NCBI GenBank assembly: GCA_963727805.1
Contig: CAVSHF010000003.1
Location: 1,344,001 to 1,408,000, forward strand
DNA from: an uncultured Nitrospiraceae bacterium
GTDB taxonomy: Bacteria; Nitrospirota; Thermodesulfovibrionia; Thermodesulfovibrionales; Dissulfurispiraceae
Direction of reading: 5' to 3'
DNA: 64,000 bases
Each line of letters starts with the position of its first letter. Position 1 is the stretch's first letter. Shown in pieces: positions 46,331-57,379 of this stretch. The notes under the pieces were generated by a model. It saw only the letters and a list, made by a program, of their open reading frames with translations, was not told the origin of the DNA and made no database searches. The translations under genes and the position numbers were made by a program.

Positions 46331-47710
46331 TCAATCTTCGACCAAAATACCCTTCACATCATAATCATAGGCACCGACGATTTCAACATATGCAAATTCC
46401 CCAATCTTTAGTTCTGACTTCCGACTGTTTAACTCCTCATCGCAACCTCTTAGTTTAAGATGGCGAACAGGGGAATTATCGACTATGACCACTCCGTCTA
46501 TCTCCGGCGTATGAGAGCAGAGCCTGCCTATAATGACATCCTTATCGACTTCATCTATTATTACCCTAAACCTCTTTCCGACAAGATCCCTATTCTTTTC
46601 AAGCGAGATGGCAGCCTGACGACTCATGATCTCGTCAAGCCTCCGTTTCTTGACTCTTTCGGGTATCTGCCCCTTTAACTTCGCCGACGGAGTGCCTTCC
46701 TCTTTAGAAAAGGTAAAGACCCCAAGCCTCTCGAATCTCATTTCCTCGATGAAATCGACGAGTCCCCTGAAGTCCTCTTCGGTTTCCGAAGGGAAGCCGA
46801 CGATAAATGTTGTTCGCAGGGTAACGCCGGGTATTTTACGCCTGATCGTCCTGATGAGCTTCGTATATTCCTTGCGCGTGCCGCGCCTGCCCATAAGCCT
46901 TAGCAGACGGTCTTCAGAATGCTGAAGCGGGATATCGAGATATTTACATATTTTTTCTTCGGTCACAATAAGATTGAGGAGATCGTCCGTTATCTCGGTC
47001 GGGTAGAGGTATAAAAGTCTGATTCGGAAATCACCTTCGATCGACACCATGTCCCTAAGCAGCGCAATAAGGTCGTACTCCTTCCACTCCTTACCATAAT
47101 TAGTTATGTCCTGTGCCACAAGGATGAGTTCCTTCACGCCACTCCGGACATACGTGTGCGCTTCTTCGAGGATTGACTTGCGCGTAATACTCCTAAATGT
47201 TCCCCTTATCGACGGGATGACACAGAAAGTGCATTTCTTGTCACACCCTTCGGCGATCTTAAGATACGCAAAAGATGACGCAGCTTCACTGCTTCTACCT
47301 TTAGGCTTTTGGACTCTGATTTCTGACTTCTGATTCCTGACTTCCGGCCGTTTTTCAACATTCATACAATATTCGATAATCGCCCTCTCCTCACCTACTC
47401 CCCAGATGCCATCTATTTCAGGTATCTCTTTGAGAAGCTCATCCATGTATCTCTGGGCCAAGCACCCGAAGACGAGGAGTTTCTTCATATCCCTCCCGCT
47501 GCTACTCTTGAGTCTCGAGAGTTCCAATATCTCAGAGATCGACTCTTCCTTTGCGTCCCTGATGAATCCGCACGTATTCACCAGAATGATATCGGCATCC
47601 TCAGGTGCATTAACGGAAATAAGGCCCTCTGAAACAAAGGACTCCAGCAGATGGCGCGAGTCCACCATGTTTTTAGGGCAACCTAGAGTGGTAAGATAAA
47701 AAGCGGTCAT
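46331..47710 (-). CDS. rimO: Ribosomal protein S12 methylthiotransferase
   Basis: LGCPKNMVDS, NTCGFI..AKEES, GCLAQRY, KIAEGCDKKCTFC, PEIDG, TRAM domain. Confidence 0.95.
   Translation of the reverse strand: MTAFYLTTLGCPKNMVDSRHLLESFVSEGLISVNAPEDADIILVNTCGFIRDAKEESISEILELSRLKSSSGRDMKKLLVFGCLAQRYMDELLKEIPEIDGIWGVGEERAIIEYCMNVEKRPEVRNQKSEIRVQKPKGRSSEAASSFAYLKIAEGCDKKCTFCVIPSIRGTFRSITRKSILEEAHTYVRSGVKELILVAQDITNYGKEWKEYDLIALLRDMVSIEGDFRIRLLYLYPTEITDDLLNLIVTEEKICKYLDIPLQHSEDRLLRLMGRRGTRKEYTKLIRTIRRKIPGVTLRTTFIVGFPSETEEDFRGLVDFIEEMRFERLGVFTFSKEEGTPSAKLKGQIPERVKKRRLDEIMSRQAAISLEKNRDLVGKRFRVIIDEVDKDVIIGRLCSHTPEIDGVVIVDNSPVRHLKLRGCDEELNSRKSELKIGEFAYVEIVGAYDYDVKGILVED
47304..47345. repeat. Degenerate 7-bp tandem repeat (6 copies, 42 bp) inside rimO
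   Basis: ggctttt ggactct gatttct gacttct gattcct gacttcc. Confidence 0.65.
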
Positions 47711-48150
47711 TGGGTCCTTCCCACTTTCCTTTGTCTGACAATCGCATAATAGATCAGGGCATACCCAACAACCCCGCAGACCAGCCCAAGGAATACGGAC
47801 CCAACAATAAAAGGCGGCAATATCGGTTCCAGGTCTCTAATAAGCTCGGATATTCCCATAGAATGCCAGTTAATGTCCGGCAAAATATGCTCCAGTCCCA
47901 GCAGCCTTCCTCCTAGCCAGGTGGCAAAGGTAAATATTGGAACAATCGTCCACGGATTAGTAACGTACACTCCCACTATTGTAACAAATTTATTCAGCCT
48001 AAAAAGCCACGCTGCAAGTATGCCAAGGATGGTATGAAGACCGAGCAGTGGAGACATTCCGAGGAATATGCCGATCGCGAAGGACAGGGCAATCTTGCGG
48101 GGAGAGTCTTTGACCCCGATGACCTGCCGCAGTTTATCCCGGAGGGCCAA
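47707..48150 (-). CDS. DUF2062 membrane protein
   Basis: DSPRKIALSFAIG, P..G.HT, NPWT. Confidence 0.87.
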   Translation of the reverse strand: MALRDKLRQVIGVKDSPRKIALSFAIGIFLGMSPLLGLHTILGILAAWLFRLNKFVTIVGVYVTNPWTIVPIFTFATWLGGRLLGLEHILPDINWHSMGISELIRDLEPILPPFIVGSVFLGLVCGVVGYALIYYAIVRQRKVGRTQ

Positions 48151-49255
48151 AGTGCTGATATCCTTCCGCTTTCAGTGCTGACTTCCTTCCCTCTTTATTA
48201 ACTAATGCTCTCTCCTCGCGCGTGATTTCACCGATACAGGATACTTTTGTATCGTGTGCCTGGTTATACGATTCCAACGGAAAATCGGGAGCGGTGAAAA
48301 GAATCTCGTAATCCTCCCCTCCCGATGAGGCAAAGTCAAGAGGGTCTCTGTCCAATAATCCCGATACCTCTTTGAGTCCTTCTGAGAGGGGGATTTTGTC
48401 TAGGTATACAATGGCGCCAGTCCCGCTCTCGTCGCAGATCCTGGACAGGTCTATAAAGAGTCCATCGCTCACATCGAGCATGGAGGAAGCATAAGGTGCC
48501 ATATATTGGGAATCCCTCGCCACAGGCATGAGATGCCGGACCAAGAGGGGCCTGGCAGTCTCCCATTTTATCGTGATCATGCCATCACCTTTTTTCAATT
48601 CCAATCTATCAGGATCCCCTCCTGCCAGCTGCAAGGGCATATCGCTATACTCTTCTGCTTCCGCATTTTGTCTCCAATGTCTGATCTTCTTTATTCTTTC
48701 TTTCCCCTCGTTATTGAGCCGTCTCAATATCTCAAGCCCGCAGGCCGAGTCTCCCGTCGACGATGTGAGATAAATCCTGTCGCCGGGGATCGCACCAGCT
48801 CGTGTAACAATCCTCTCGCCGTCGCCGATTACTGTCGCCGAAAGAATGGTGTCGCACCTCGCCGCACAGAGATCTCCACCCAAGAGCTGCACTCGGTAAA
48901 GACACAGGGCCTGCTCTATTCCGTCATAGATCCCTTTGAAAAATTCGTCATCTGCAGCGCGCGTAAAAGCGAGATCGATGAAGAGGTACTTCGGGACCCC
49001 TCCCATGGCCATAATATCGCTCACATTAACCGATACGATTTTAAATCCCAAATGAAAGGGCGAGGTATAGCCCAGATCGAAATGGACCCCCTCGTTCATC
49101 ATATCCGTGGTGACGATAGTTTTTTTATGATGAGGGGCGATCACTGAGGCGTCATCGCCGATACCGACGACGACACCTTTTTCATCCGGACTGAGTCTAA
49201 ACCTTTCTCTTACTTCTTTGAGAAGTCTTAACTCTCCTGTCTGAAAGAGCCGCAT
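48134..49255 (-). CDS. thiL: Thiamine-monophosphate kinase
   Basis: GIGDDA, EGVHF, NVSDI.AMGG.P, GGD, DVSDGL, GGEDYE. Confidence 0.95.
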   Translation of the reverse strand: MRLFQTGELRLLKEVRERFRLSPDEKGVVVGIGDDASVIAPHHKKTIVTTDMMNEGVHFDLGYTSPFHLGFKIVSVNVSDIMAMGGVPKYLFIDLAFTRAADDEFFKGIYDGIEQALCLYRVQLLGGDLCAARCDTILSATVIGDGERIVTRAGAIPGDRIYLTSSTGDSACGLEILRRLNNEGKERIKKIRHWRQNAEAEEYSDMPLQLAGGDPDRLELKKGDGMITIKWETARPLLVRHLMPVARDSQYMAPYASSMLDVSDGLFIDLSRICDESGTGAIVYLDKIPLSEGLKEVSGLLDRDPLDFASSGGEDYEILFTAPDFPLESYNQAHDTKVSCIGEITREERALVNKEGRKSALKAEGYQHFGPPG

Positions 49256-51713
49256 TCCTAGTAGTTGCAATTTTTATTTTTTTTGCGCCCCTGCTGTTTC
49301 CCGACTGTGCATGAGCAACTTTCTTCTGTTTCGCAGCCGGGAACGAGGCTTTTTTTTGTTCCACAAGGGTAGTCTTAAGCACCTCATCGACAGTATCAAC
49401 GATCACAAAATTCATACCTTCCTTCACATAGGTCGGCAGGTCATCAAGGTCTTTCTTGTTCCTCTTCGGCAGCACAACCGTCTTGATCCCCATTCTTTTG
49501 GCGGCAAGGGTCTTCTCCTTAAGGCCACCGATAGGAAGCACCCTGCCACGGAGGGTGATTTCTCCGGTCATCGCAACATCGCGCCGTACCTGCCTGCCGG
49601 TGAATGCAGATGCTATGGCCGTCGCCATCGTGATGCCCGCAGAAGGTCCGTCCTTAGGGATCGCTCCCGCCGGGACATGAATATGCAGGTCGCTTTGTGA
49701 AAAAGCATCGGCACTTATGCCGAGTTCCTTTTCCTTTGATCGCACATAGCTTAATGCTGCCTGGGCCGATTCCTTCATGACGTCGCCAAGTTGCCCGGTG
49801 AGGGTCAATATGCCCTTCCCCTTCATCAGCGTCGCTTCGATAAATATGACATCGCCGCCTGCCTCGGTCCAGGCAAGGCCGGTCGCAACGCCGACCTCGT
49901 TTCGTTTCATTTCCTCTTCAGGTAGGTACTTGGGAATGCCGAGGTATTTCGAGATGTTATTGGCGGTCATACTGAATACCTTAGCCTTACCCTCTGCCAC
50001 CCGCTTTGCAACCTTTCTACACAGGTTTGCGATTTCCCTCTCGAGGTTACGCACTCCCGCCTCGCGTGTATAGTGCGAGATGATACGGCCTATGGCCGAG
50101 TCGTTGATCTTCAACAGCTTTGTGGTGATTCCGTGCTCCTCAAGCTGTTTCGGTACGAGGTACTTCTTAGCAATTTGCAGTTTCTCCTCGTCCGTATAAC
50201 CCGATAGATAGAGTATCTCCATGCGATCCCTGAGTGGTCCAGGGATAGTGTCGGTCAGGTTGCCTGTCGTTATGAACATTACCCTAGAAAGATCAAAAGG
50301 CACAGCAAGGTAATGGTCCATAAAAGAATTGTTCTGCTCAGGATCGAGCACCTCAAGGAGCGCCGAAGAGGGATCGCCCCTGAAGTCTGAGCCGATCTTG
50401 TCGATTTCATCGAGCATAACAACAGGATTATTTGTTCCCGCCTGTTTGATACCCTGGATGATCCTGCCTGGAAGGGCGCCAACATAGGTCCGCCGGTGGC
50501 CGCGTATCTCGGCCTCGTCACGAACACCACCGAGCGACATCCTGATAAATTCTCTTCCAAGAGACCGCGCAATGGAGCGCCCAAGAGAGGTCTTTCCTAC
50601 GCCGGGAGGCCCGATAAAACAAAGGATGGGACCCTTCATCTTCTCTTTGAGTTTTCTAACGCTCAGGTATTCAAGAATCCTTTCTTTGACCTTTTCGAGG
50701 TCGTAATGATCTTCGTTCAGCACCTTGTCGGCCAGCTTGATATCAAGCTGATCCTTAGTGCTCTTGGACCAAGGCAATTCGGTCAGCCATTCAAGATAGG
50801 TCCTTATCGTACCCGCCTCGGCGCTATCAGGATGCATCTTTTCGAGCCTCTTCAACTGCTTCTCAGCTTCCTTCATGACCTTTTCCGGCATTTTGGCGTC
50901 TTCAATCTTTTTCCTGAATTCGCTGACTTCTTCAGCGCGCTCGTCGATATCACCAAGCTCCCGCTGGATAGCCTTAAGCTGCTCCCGCAGGAAATATTCC
51001 CTCTGTGTCTTGTCGATCTCTCCCCGTGCCTCGGTCTGAATCTTCTGCTGTATCGTAAGCAGCTGTATCTCCCTGGCCAGTATCTCGCTGATGCGCTTGA
51101 GCCGACCAACTGGATCAGCCATCTCGAGGATTTCCTGAGCCTGCTCGGTCCTGAGCCCAAGGTTCGACGCAATTAGGTCTGCAAGCCTCCCCGGGTCGTC
51201 GATATTCTCTATAACTACCATGACATCCGGCAGTATTGTCCTGCCAAGGGTGACCGCCTTATCGAGCTGTTCTTTGACGTTCCTGATAAGAGCCTCGTTT
51301 TCGAGAGAGACTCCCTCCGACTTCTGCTCTGGCAACTTCTCGATATTCGCAATGAAAAAGGGGTCAGCCTGCGTAAAATCGATGGCCTTGACCTTGCTCA
51401 AGCCTTGGACGAGTATCTTGACCCTGCCATCAGGCAATTTCAACATGCGGATGATCATGCATACCGTGCCGACCGAATAGAGATCGTCGGGCGTCGGCGA
51501 TTCAATATTAATATCCTTCTGACTCATAAGGACGACCATGCGGTTCGTATTCAGCGCATGGTCAATCGCTTTGATCGAAATATCCCTTCCGACAAACAGA
51601 GGAATTATCATATAGGGGAAAACCACTATATCTCTGACAGGCAGGACAGGGAGCGATCCCGGTATCTCAACCTCTTTCTCAGATACTTCTTCGTATTTTT
51701 CAGCCTCGCTCAT
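49197..51713 (-). CDS. lon: Lon protease
   Basis: LON N-domain, [31 protein letters not shown]. Confidence 0.98.
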   Translation of the reverse strand: MSEAEKYEEVSEKEVEIPGSLPVLPVRDIVVFPYMIIPLFVGRDISIKAIDHALNTNRMVVLMSQKDINIESPTPDDLYSVGTVCMIIRMLKLPDGRVKILVQGLSKVKAIDFTQADPFFIANIEKLPEQKSEGVSLENEALIRNVKEQLDKAVTLGRTILPDVMVVIENIDDPGRLADLIASNLGLRTEQAQEILEMADPVGRLKRISEILAREIQLLTIQQKIQTEARGEIDKTQREYFLREQLKAIQRELGDIDERAEEVSEFRKKIEDAKMPEKVMKEAEKQLKRLEKMHPDSAEAGTIRTYLEWLTELPWSKSTKDQLDIKLADKVLNEDHYDLEKVKERILEYLSVRKLKEKMKGPILCFIGPPGVGKTSLGRSIARSLGREFIRMSLGGVRDEAEIRGHRRTYVGALPGRIIQGIKQAGTNNPVVMLDEIDKIGSDFRGDPSSALLEVLDPEQNNSFMDHYLAVPFDLSRVMFITTGNLTDTIPGPLRDRMEILYLSGYTDEEKLQIAKKYLVPKQLEEHGITTKLLKINDSAIGRIISHYTREAGVRNLEREIANLCRKVAKRVAEGKAKVFSMTANNISKYLGIPKYLPEEEMKRNEVGVATGLAWTEAGGDVIFIEATLMKGKGILTLTGQLGDVMKESAQAALSYVRSKEKELGISADAFSQSDLHIHVPAGAIPKDGPSAGITMATAIASAFTGRQVRRDVAMTGEITLRGRVLPIGGLKEKTLAAKRMGIKTVVLPKRNKKDLDDLPTYVKEGMNFVIVDTVDEVLKTTLVEQKKASFPAAKQKKVAHAQSGNSRGAKKIKIATTRNAALSDRRVKTSQRSKRKV

Positions 51714-51731
51714 TGCACTCCTCCGAATGGA

Positions 51732-52121
51732 TCAATTTCCCTTTCTCTCTATTGAAACCCTGATCAATTTACCCTTCAGCTTCGGAAATTTTACTTTAAG
51801 CACCCCTTCGCTATAGCTTGCAACAGCTGCAAGCGTATTGACAAGAACAGGAAGCTTTACTACCCTTCTGAAACCTTTAGGACTCCGCTCCATGCAGAGA
51901 TATTTAAAACCTCCCGGGAACATCTCCTGATCGCTCTCCTGAAAGCCCGCGCTTTCGATGAGCAGTAGATCTTCATAAACCCTTATGGACAGCCTTGAAA
52001 GATCCGCACCCGGAAGGTCGACGTCACAGACCAAGTAATCCCCAGTTTCATAAAGATCAATGAGGGGGTCGCTGCATGACTCGACCTCATAAAAAAATAA
52101 CCCCTTCAAAACTTTCTTCAT
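51732..52121 (-). CDS. Hsp20/alpha-crystallin family protein
   Basis: P.IDLYET, DLPG, MER...FRR...LP, ASYSEGVL; upstream of lon. Confidence 0.85.
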   Translation of the reverse strand: MKKVLKGLFFYEVESCSDPLIDLYETGDYLVCDVDLPGADLSRLSIRVYEDLLLIESAGFQESDQEMFPGGFKYLCMERSPKGFRRVVKLPVLVNTLAAVASYSEGVLKVKFPKLKGKLIRVSIERKGN

Positions 52122-52984
52122 TGCAAGGTTTTAACTTTTTCAATAAGGTACTTCCTGAATCCTGCTGCAAGTTCCTTATTTTTGAGAGCAAAATCAACCG
52201 TTGCTTTTAAATAACCGAGTTTATCCCCGGCGTCGAAGCGTCTCCCTTTTATAGGATATCCATAAATAGGTCTTTTTTTAACAAGGGTCCTCAGGGCGTC
52301 CGTAAGCTGGATCTCGCCGCCTGCACCGGGCTTCTGTTTTTCGAGTATTTCAAATATGTCCGGCGTAAGGATATACCTGCCGATTATTCCTAGGTTAGAA
52401 GGAGCCTCACCGGCCTTAGGCTTCTCGACAAGGTCCTTAATCTCGTATACCTTCCCCTTAAGAACGCCATCGATGATACCGTATCGGTGGACCTCGTCCG
52501 TCGGGACTTCCTCGACCGCGATTACCGGCGATTGTTTCTCCTCGTAAATCCGTATCATCTCTTTCAGCACCGTGGATCCAGGCTCAAGCACATCGTCGCT
52601 CAGTATGACAACAAAGGGTTCATCCCGGACGAAAGGCTTGGCACAAAGAATGGCATGTCCGAGTCCCAGGGCCTCCCGTTGGCGGATGTAGGCGAATTTG
52701 ATATACTGCAGCTTGTTAATCTCATCAAGAAGTTTCTGTTTGCCCGAATGCTTAAGCTTCTCCTCAAGCTCATAGGCCGAATCAAAATGGTCCTCGATGG
52801 CCCGTTTGTTCTTCCCTGTGATTATGATAAACTCCTCGATGCCGCAGGTTATGCATTCTTCGACACCATACTGGATCAAAGGCTTATCGACCAACGGCAT
52901 CATCTCCTTGGGGGATGCCTTGGTGGCCGGCAAAAAACGCGTGCCAAGACCAGCTGCGGGGAATATCGCTTTCTTAATAGTCAT
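52118..52984 (-). CDS. galU: UTP--glucose-1-phosphate uridylyltransferase
   Basis: PAAGLGTRFLPATKA.PKEM, GLGHA, VEKP, GEIQLTDA. Start reset to 52984 because the longer ORF runs into the tRNA. Confidence 0.96.
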   Translation of the reverse strand: MTIKKAIFPAAGLGTRFLPATKASPKEMMPLVDKPLIQYGVEECITCGIEEFIIITGKNKRAIEDHFDSAYELEEKLKHSGKQKLLDEINKLQYIKFAYIRQREALGLGHAILCAKPFVRDEPFVVILSDDVLEPGSTVLKEMIRIYEEKQSPVIAVEEVPTDEVHRYGIIDGVLKGKVYEIKDLVEKPKAGEAPSNLGIIGRYILTPDIFEILEKQKPGAGGEIQLTDALRTLVKKRPIYGYPIKGRRFDAGDKLGYLKATVDFALKNKELAAGFRKYLIEKVKTLQ

Positions 52985-53012
52985 GTTCATAGTCCTCACT
53001 AAACAAAATATT

Positions 53013-53099
53013 TGGTGCCGGAGACGAGGGTCGAACTCGTACGATGCGAGCATCGAGGGATTTTAAGTCCCTTGCGTCTGCCAGTTCCGCCACTCCGGC
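53013..53099 (-). tRNA. tRNA-Leu(TAA)
   Basis: GCCGGAG acceptor stem, anticodon arm AGGGA-CTTAAAA-TCCCT, variable arm, GTTCGAC, CCA encoded. Confidence 0.96.
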
Positions 53100-53253
53100 T
53101 ATAGGATAAAAACACAATAACACGGCACTGCAATAAAGACAGTTCTACTTAAGATACTAAAAACCGGACGTGCAGCGCAACCACATATCGCCAGACGGTT
53201 GTCTTATTCGTTCACGAAAAAGTAAAATAGAGTCCGTCTGCTTGACGGGCACA

Positions 53254-54033
53254 ATGAAACAGTACACTATCATACATCCCCTTTACATGGCTTTCTATTC
53301 GAAATCCCTCTACCGGGACATAACGAATAACTGGTCGACCTGGTTTTGTTTTCTCTATCTCCTCTCGCTGCTAGCCCTCTGCTGGATACCGGGAATGATC
53401 CGATTGGATGCCGATATTTCTACATACGTCGATGACGAGGCCCCCAAGTATGTAAACCAACTCCCTTCCATTGTAATATCAAAAGGTCAGGCCTCGATTG
53501 CCGAACCCCAGCCATCTATCGTGAAAGATCCGGAAAAGGGAGATCCCGTCATGATCATCGATACAACTGGACAGATCACTTCATTAGAGAATTCAAAGGC
53601 CACAATACTGGTCACTAAGACACAGTTATTTTTTAAAAACAGCCTTCAGGGCACCCGAATTATCAGTCTGTCAGAACTTGGCGATATGACTATCGACAAG
53701 GCCCTTGTTTATGATTGGCTCGAAGTTTTCTCTGAATGGTTTGCCATCCTACTATATCCCTTTGCACTGCTTTTTTCCTTCGCCTTTCGGAGCGGACAGG
53801 TCCTGATGTACGCTCTGATAGGATTGTTCTTTTCGCGGGCACTGAAGATCGGTCTCAATTATCAGGTACTGATGCGACTCGCAGCAATTTCCCTAACGCC
53901 GGTTATTATCCTCAATACGCTAATTATTTTCTTCAAGATAACTATACCGTCGCCGTGGCTCATAAATGCCATAATCACCACTGGATACCTTATCTATGCG
54001 ATCAGGGCAAGCTCATCGTCAGTTGATTCGTAA
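53254..54033 (+). CDS. DUF1189-like membrane protein
   Basis: FYSKSLY N-terminus, TM, periplasmic loop with IIDTTG, several C-terminal TM helices. Confidence 0.7.
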   Translation: MKQYTIIHPLYMAFYSKSLYRDITNNWSTWFCFLYLLSLLALCWIPGMIRLDADISTYVDDEAPKYVNQLPSIVISKGQASIAEPQPSIVKDPEKGDPVMIIDTTGQITSLENSKATILVTKTQLFFKNSLQGTRIISLSELGDMTIDKALVYDWLEVFSEWFAILLYPFALLFSFAFRSGQVLMYALIGLFFSRALKIGLNYQVLMRLAAISLTPVIILNTLIIFFKITIPSPWLINAIITTGYLIYAIRASSSSVDS

Positions 54034-54058
54034 GAATGGCCTCTAGGCTGTTTCCCTC

Positions 54059-54271
54059 CTACATCGCACCGGGCGTTATATTCCTTGTTTTCAGGTCTCT
54101 CAACTCCTTCTGAATCGGCCATTCAGTAAGGGCAAACCAGACAAATATCACGAGATTCACAATCGGTACGAACAGAAGGATCATCTGTACTCCAGAATAG
54201 CCGGCCTTCCTGAAGATCAATACCGTGAGGAAAACCCATACGATAAACCCAAGCACTGCAAATAGGCCCAT
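54059..54271 (-). CDS. Small two-TM hypothetical protein
   Basis: GGAGG SD; IFRKAGYSG...VPIVN...FALTEWP. Confidence 0.75.
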   Translation of the reverse strand: MGLFAVLGFIVWVFLTVLIFRKAGYSGVQMILLFVPIVNLVIFVWFALTEWPIQKELRDLKTRNITPGAM

Positions 54272-54298
54272 GAAACACCTCCATATTATCCGGCTCGA

Positions 54299-54664
54299 TT
54301 ATCTCCTGTTCATACCGGTGATCCAGGAGAGCAACGTGCTGACAAGACTAATCACCAGCGCACCCCAGAACGCGGGCCAGAAACCGTCGATCCCCAGCCC
54401 GAGATGCAGTGGCCCCGAAAGGACAGCCGTAACTGCGAGCATCGTCGCATTAATCACCAGGGTAAAGAGACCGAGTGTGACGATGATCAAGGGAAAAGTG
54501 AAAAGCTGTACCACCGGCTTTATCAGGGCATTGACCAGACCGAAGAGAGCGGCAATGATAAGGATCTTCCACCACTCTCCCGCAAAAGTAATGCCGTTAA
54601 TCAACCTTATAGCCGCAGCAAGCGATAGAGCATTGATGGACAACCTTAATATTACATATTGCAC
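54299..54664 (-). CDS. 4-TM phage-holin-family (YvlD/DUF360) membrane protein
   Basis: GLVNALIKP...TFPL...TLGLF.LVINA, GFWPAFWGA. Confidence 0.88.
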   Translation of the reverse strand: MQYVILRLSINALSLAAAIRLINGITFAGEWWKILIIAALFGLVNALIKPVVQLFTFPLIIVTLGLFTLVINATMLAVTAVLSGPLHLGLGIDGFWPAFWGALVISLVSTLLSWITGMNRR

Positions 54665-55002
54665 AATTTCTCCTTAGTTCTTTTTCTATGGTATCTAAAA
54701 TAAGTATAATATATTTCTGTAAAGCGAGCTATATAATAAAAAGTATTGTATTAGTCTCCGATACCCCCAAAGCAAAGTACGATCGCCACTCTGACTAAGT
54801 AACAGACCGTATGATTATGATAATTACTCATATTTATGTTAGATTTTCATGGTAGTAAGTTGATTGAATCTGCCTTATTTATAGATTGCCGACAATTCCA
54901 TAATTTCATGGTTACGGCGGATGTACCAGGGCCAGGATTCGGCTTCAGGTATTCCACATCATCCAATAACTTTTTTAAAGGGCAGGCGGGCGGGTCAAAG
55001 CA

Positions 55003-56373
55003 ATGCCTCATTTCAGGAAGGCATTCAAATGCTTCACAGAATGCTGTAAAGACTCCCGGGTCAATCTCTTTGAGGTCTTTCCACGCTTCAAGGCATTCTT
55101 TGCTAACAGGCTAAATCTTCTGTACGCACGTACTGCGGGCGATTTGTTTTTTACATCCCTCATCCTGATGGGTCTTTTTGGCCCTCAGGACCCAAACCGC
55201 AATATTTCCCTTTTTATATCCTGGGGCATATGGTGGACAAGTGTTGTCCTGAGCTGGTTCTTTTTTGGCAAATTGTGGTGCGGCGTTTGTCCCTTCCCCG
55301 GATTGGGCCGGCTCTTTCAAAAATATGGATTAAGCCTGAACCTCGACGTCCCTCAGTCCCTGAGAAAATTCTTTGTCCATCTCTCGGTACTCCTTCTGGG
55401 TCTAATCATCTGGGTTGAATCGGTCACGAACATGAAGGAATGGCCTGCAGGGACGGCCTATCTCCTTTTGAGCATCTTGTTTGGAGCAACACTTATGGCC
55501 ATACTTTTCAAAGGGCAAGCATGGTGCCGTCACGCATGTCCTCTCGGCAAGATCATAGGCTCCGCCGCGACGATTGCGTTAACCGAATTCAGGGCGGATC
55601 AGTCGAAGTGTAGAACCTGCAAGACCTTTGCCTGCAAGCGGGGCAGCGGTAGAAAGCCAGGGTGTCCTATCTATCTCGGCGCCATCAATGTTAAAAGTAA
55701 CTTCTACTGCCTTGTATGTGGGCATTGCGTAACGCTCTGTGAAAAGAACTCGCCGGCTATTTACCTGAGAAACCCTTTGGCTGAACTTACCTCTCATGTG
55801 GCGCTGACATCGCAGAAAACGACCTATCTTACCTATTCATATATAATCCCATTTTTTATGGGATCACAACTCGCACGTTTTACACAGCACCGTCACTGGT
55901 ATGGATTGGTAGAGGCCTTTTTCTTCAGTTCCAATCTGATCGCCTTTACGGTTCTTCTCATCTGTGGGTCTCTGTTCGTCCTAACCGTCATCCGAGTGGG
56001 AGCCACCCTTTTTATCCGAATCAAAAATGATGTCTTAGGTCTCTTTTCTCCAATGGTCCCAATCCTTGTCCCTCTGGCCTTTACCGGAGAACTCGCCTAT
56101 CGGCTTCATTACTTTCTGTCCAATGCAGGCAATCTCCTGCCTGTCCTGGGACGACAGGTCGGCATCAACATGGAGACGCTTGCGTTCACTATTCCAGGAA
56201 GCGTTATTCGTAGTCTATGTCTGGCAGCTTTGGCAGCGGGAGTGATTGCCGGAAGTTACGTGCTTCACGTCTTCTATCAGGGCAAGATAGTCGGACCTCT
56301 ATCGAAAAATAAATATATTGCCGTCTATGTATTAATATTCCTGATTTTCCTAGCTTATGTAGTGCTGTTCTAA
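55003..56373 (+). CDS. Membrane-bound 4Fe-4S-binding protein (NapH/MauN-like polyferredoxin)
   Basis: GKLWCGVCP, WCRHACPLG, CRTC...C...GCP, CLVCGHCVTLC; many TM helices. Confidence 0.8.
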   Translation: MPHFRKAFKCFTECCKDSRVNLFEVFPRFKAFFANRLNLLYARTAGDLFFTSLILMGLFGPQDPNRNISLFISWGIWWTSVVLSWFFFGKLWCGVCPFPGLGRLFQKYGLSLNLDVPQSLRKFFVHLSVLLLGLIIWVESVTNMKEWPAGTAYLLLSILFGATLMAILFKGQAWCRHACPLGKIIGSAATIALTEFRADQSKCRTCKTFACKRGSGRKPGCPIYLGAINVKSNFYCLVCGHCVTLCEKNSPAIYLRNPLAELTSHVALTSQKTTYLTYSYIIPFFMGSQLARFTQHRHWYGLVEAFFFSSNLIAFTVLLICGSLFVLTVIRVGATLFIRIKNDVLGLFSPMVPILVPLAFTGELAYRLHYFLSNAGNLLPVLGRQVGINMETLAFTIPGSVIRSLCLAALAAGVIAGSYVLHVFYQGKIVGPLSKNKYIAVYVLIFLIFLAYVVLF

Positions 56374-57374
56374 ACGGCCGCTGGCTTCATCTTCCGCGAC
56401 ATTTCTTCGAGTACCCTGAGCTTGGATATCTCGCCAAGCCCTATCAATGTGTCTCCGGCTTTTATACTGCTGCGGGAGGTCGGATTGAACTTCATTTCAC
56501 CAGTGGCGCGCTTAATGCCGACAATAATGATTCCGAGTTCCCTGCCGATGCCGCACTGGTCAATCGACTGGCCCTCCATAATCGAGCCTGTAGGAATTGT
56601 TACTTCTTCCATCTGGAGTTCAATATTCCCTGTCTTTGTGGCGAATTCGATGAAATCAACAACAGCAGGCCGCAACACGCTGTGGGCGATCCGCAGGCCA
56701 CCAATGTGATACGGAGAAACAACCTTGTTGGCACCGGCCCGCTTCAACTTGTTTTCAGATCCCTCCTCGCCCGCCCGGGCAACAATTTGAAGGTCCGGGT
56801 TCAGTTCACGTGCGCTGAGGACTACATAAAGGTTTTCGGCGTCTGTAGGCAAAACTGATATAAGTCCCCGCGCCCTTTCGATACCTGCCTCTTTCAAAAC
56901 GTCATCATTGGTAGCATCACCCGCTATAATGAGAAGGTCGTCAGTACGCGTCGCAGCATCGAAACTTTTCTCGATAGCTACAAAGGGAACATGTTTCGCC
57001 TTCAGTTCCCTGGAGATAATCCTGCCCATCCTTCCAAACCCACACACGATATAATGGCCCTTAAGTTCTTTTATCTTCTTCTCCAATCTTTTCCTCCCGA
57101 ACAGTTCCTGAAGCTCACCCTCAAGGATTAATTTCGCGCCGGCACTGAGCGCATACAGCACTGTACCGACCCCCACCAGCAAAAGGACAATAGTGAATAT
57201 CATTCCTTTGCTAGACAACTCATGGACCTCTCTATATCCGACGGTTGTAAGCGTAATTATTGTCATATACAGGGCATCGAGGAAATTCCACCCCTCTATG
57301 AGTTGGTAGCCAGCGGTACCAAAAGCGATGACGAGGAAGATGAGTGCCAGGGCCAATATGAATCTCTTTCTCAA
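56370..57374 (-). CDS. Potassium channel with TrkA-N/TrkA-C (RCK) domains
   Basis: Filter TTVGY; CGFGRMG; GDAT; C-terminal TrkA-C. Confidence 0.93.
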   Translation of the reverse strand: MRKRFILALALIFLVIAFGTAGYQLIEGWNFLDALYMTIITLTTVGYREVHELSSKGMIFTIVLLLVGVGTVLYALSAGAKLILEGELQELFGRKRLEKKIKELKGHYIVCGFGRMGRIISRELKAKHVPFVAIEKSFDAATRTDDLLIIAGDATNDDVLKEAGIERARGLISVLPTDAENLYVVLSARELNPDLQIVARAGEEGSENKLKRAGANKVVSPYHIGGLRIAHSVLRPAVVDFIEFATKTGNIELQMEEVTIPTGSIMEGQSIDQCGIGRELGIIIVGIKRATGEMKFNPTSRSSIKAGDTLIGLGEISKLRVLEEMSRKMKPAAV

Positions 57375-57379
57375 TGCCT

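Noticed and set aside
49197..49255. Long same-strand overlaps (lon/thiL, trmD/rplS, hyaD/hypC, hypB/tadA) as programmed recoding
   Set aside because: They are explained by non-conserved C-terminal run-ons; no slippery sites or broken domains are evident.
52985..53053. N-terminal extension of GalU given in the ORF track
   Set aside because: It overlaps tRNA-Leu; the SD supports a start at 52984.
54299..54664. Prophage implied by the holin-family gene
   Set aside because: YvlD/DUF360 proteins are common chromosomal membrane proteins; there is no endolysin, integrase or structural phage gene nearby.
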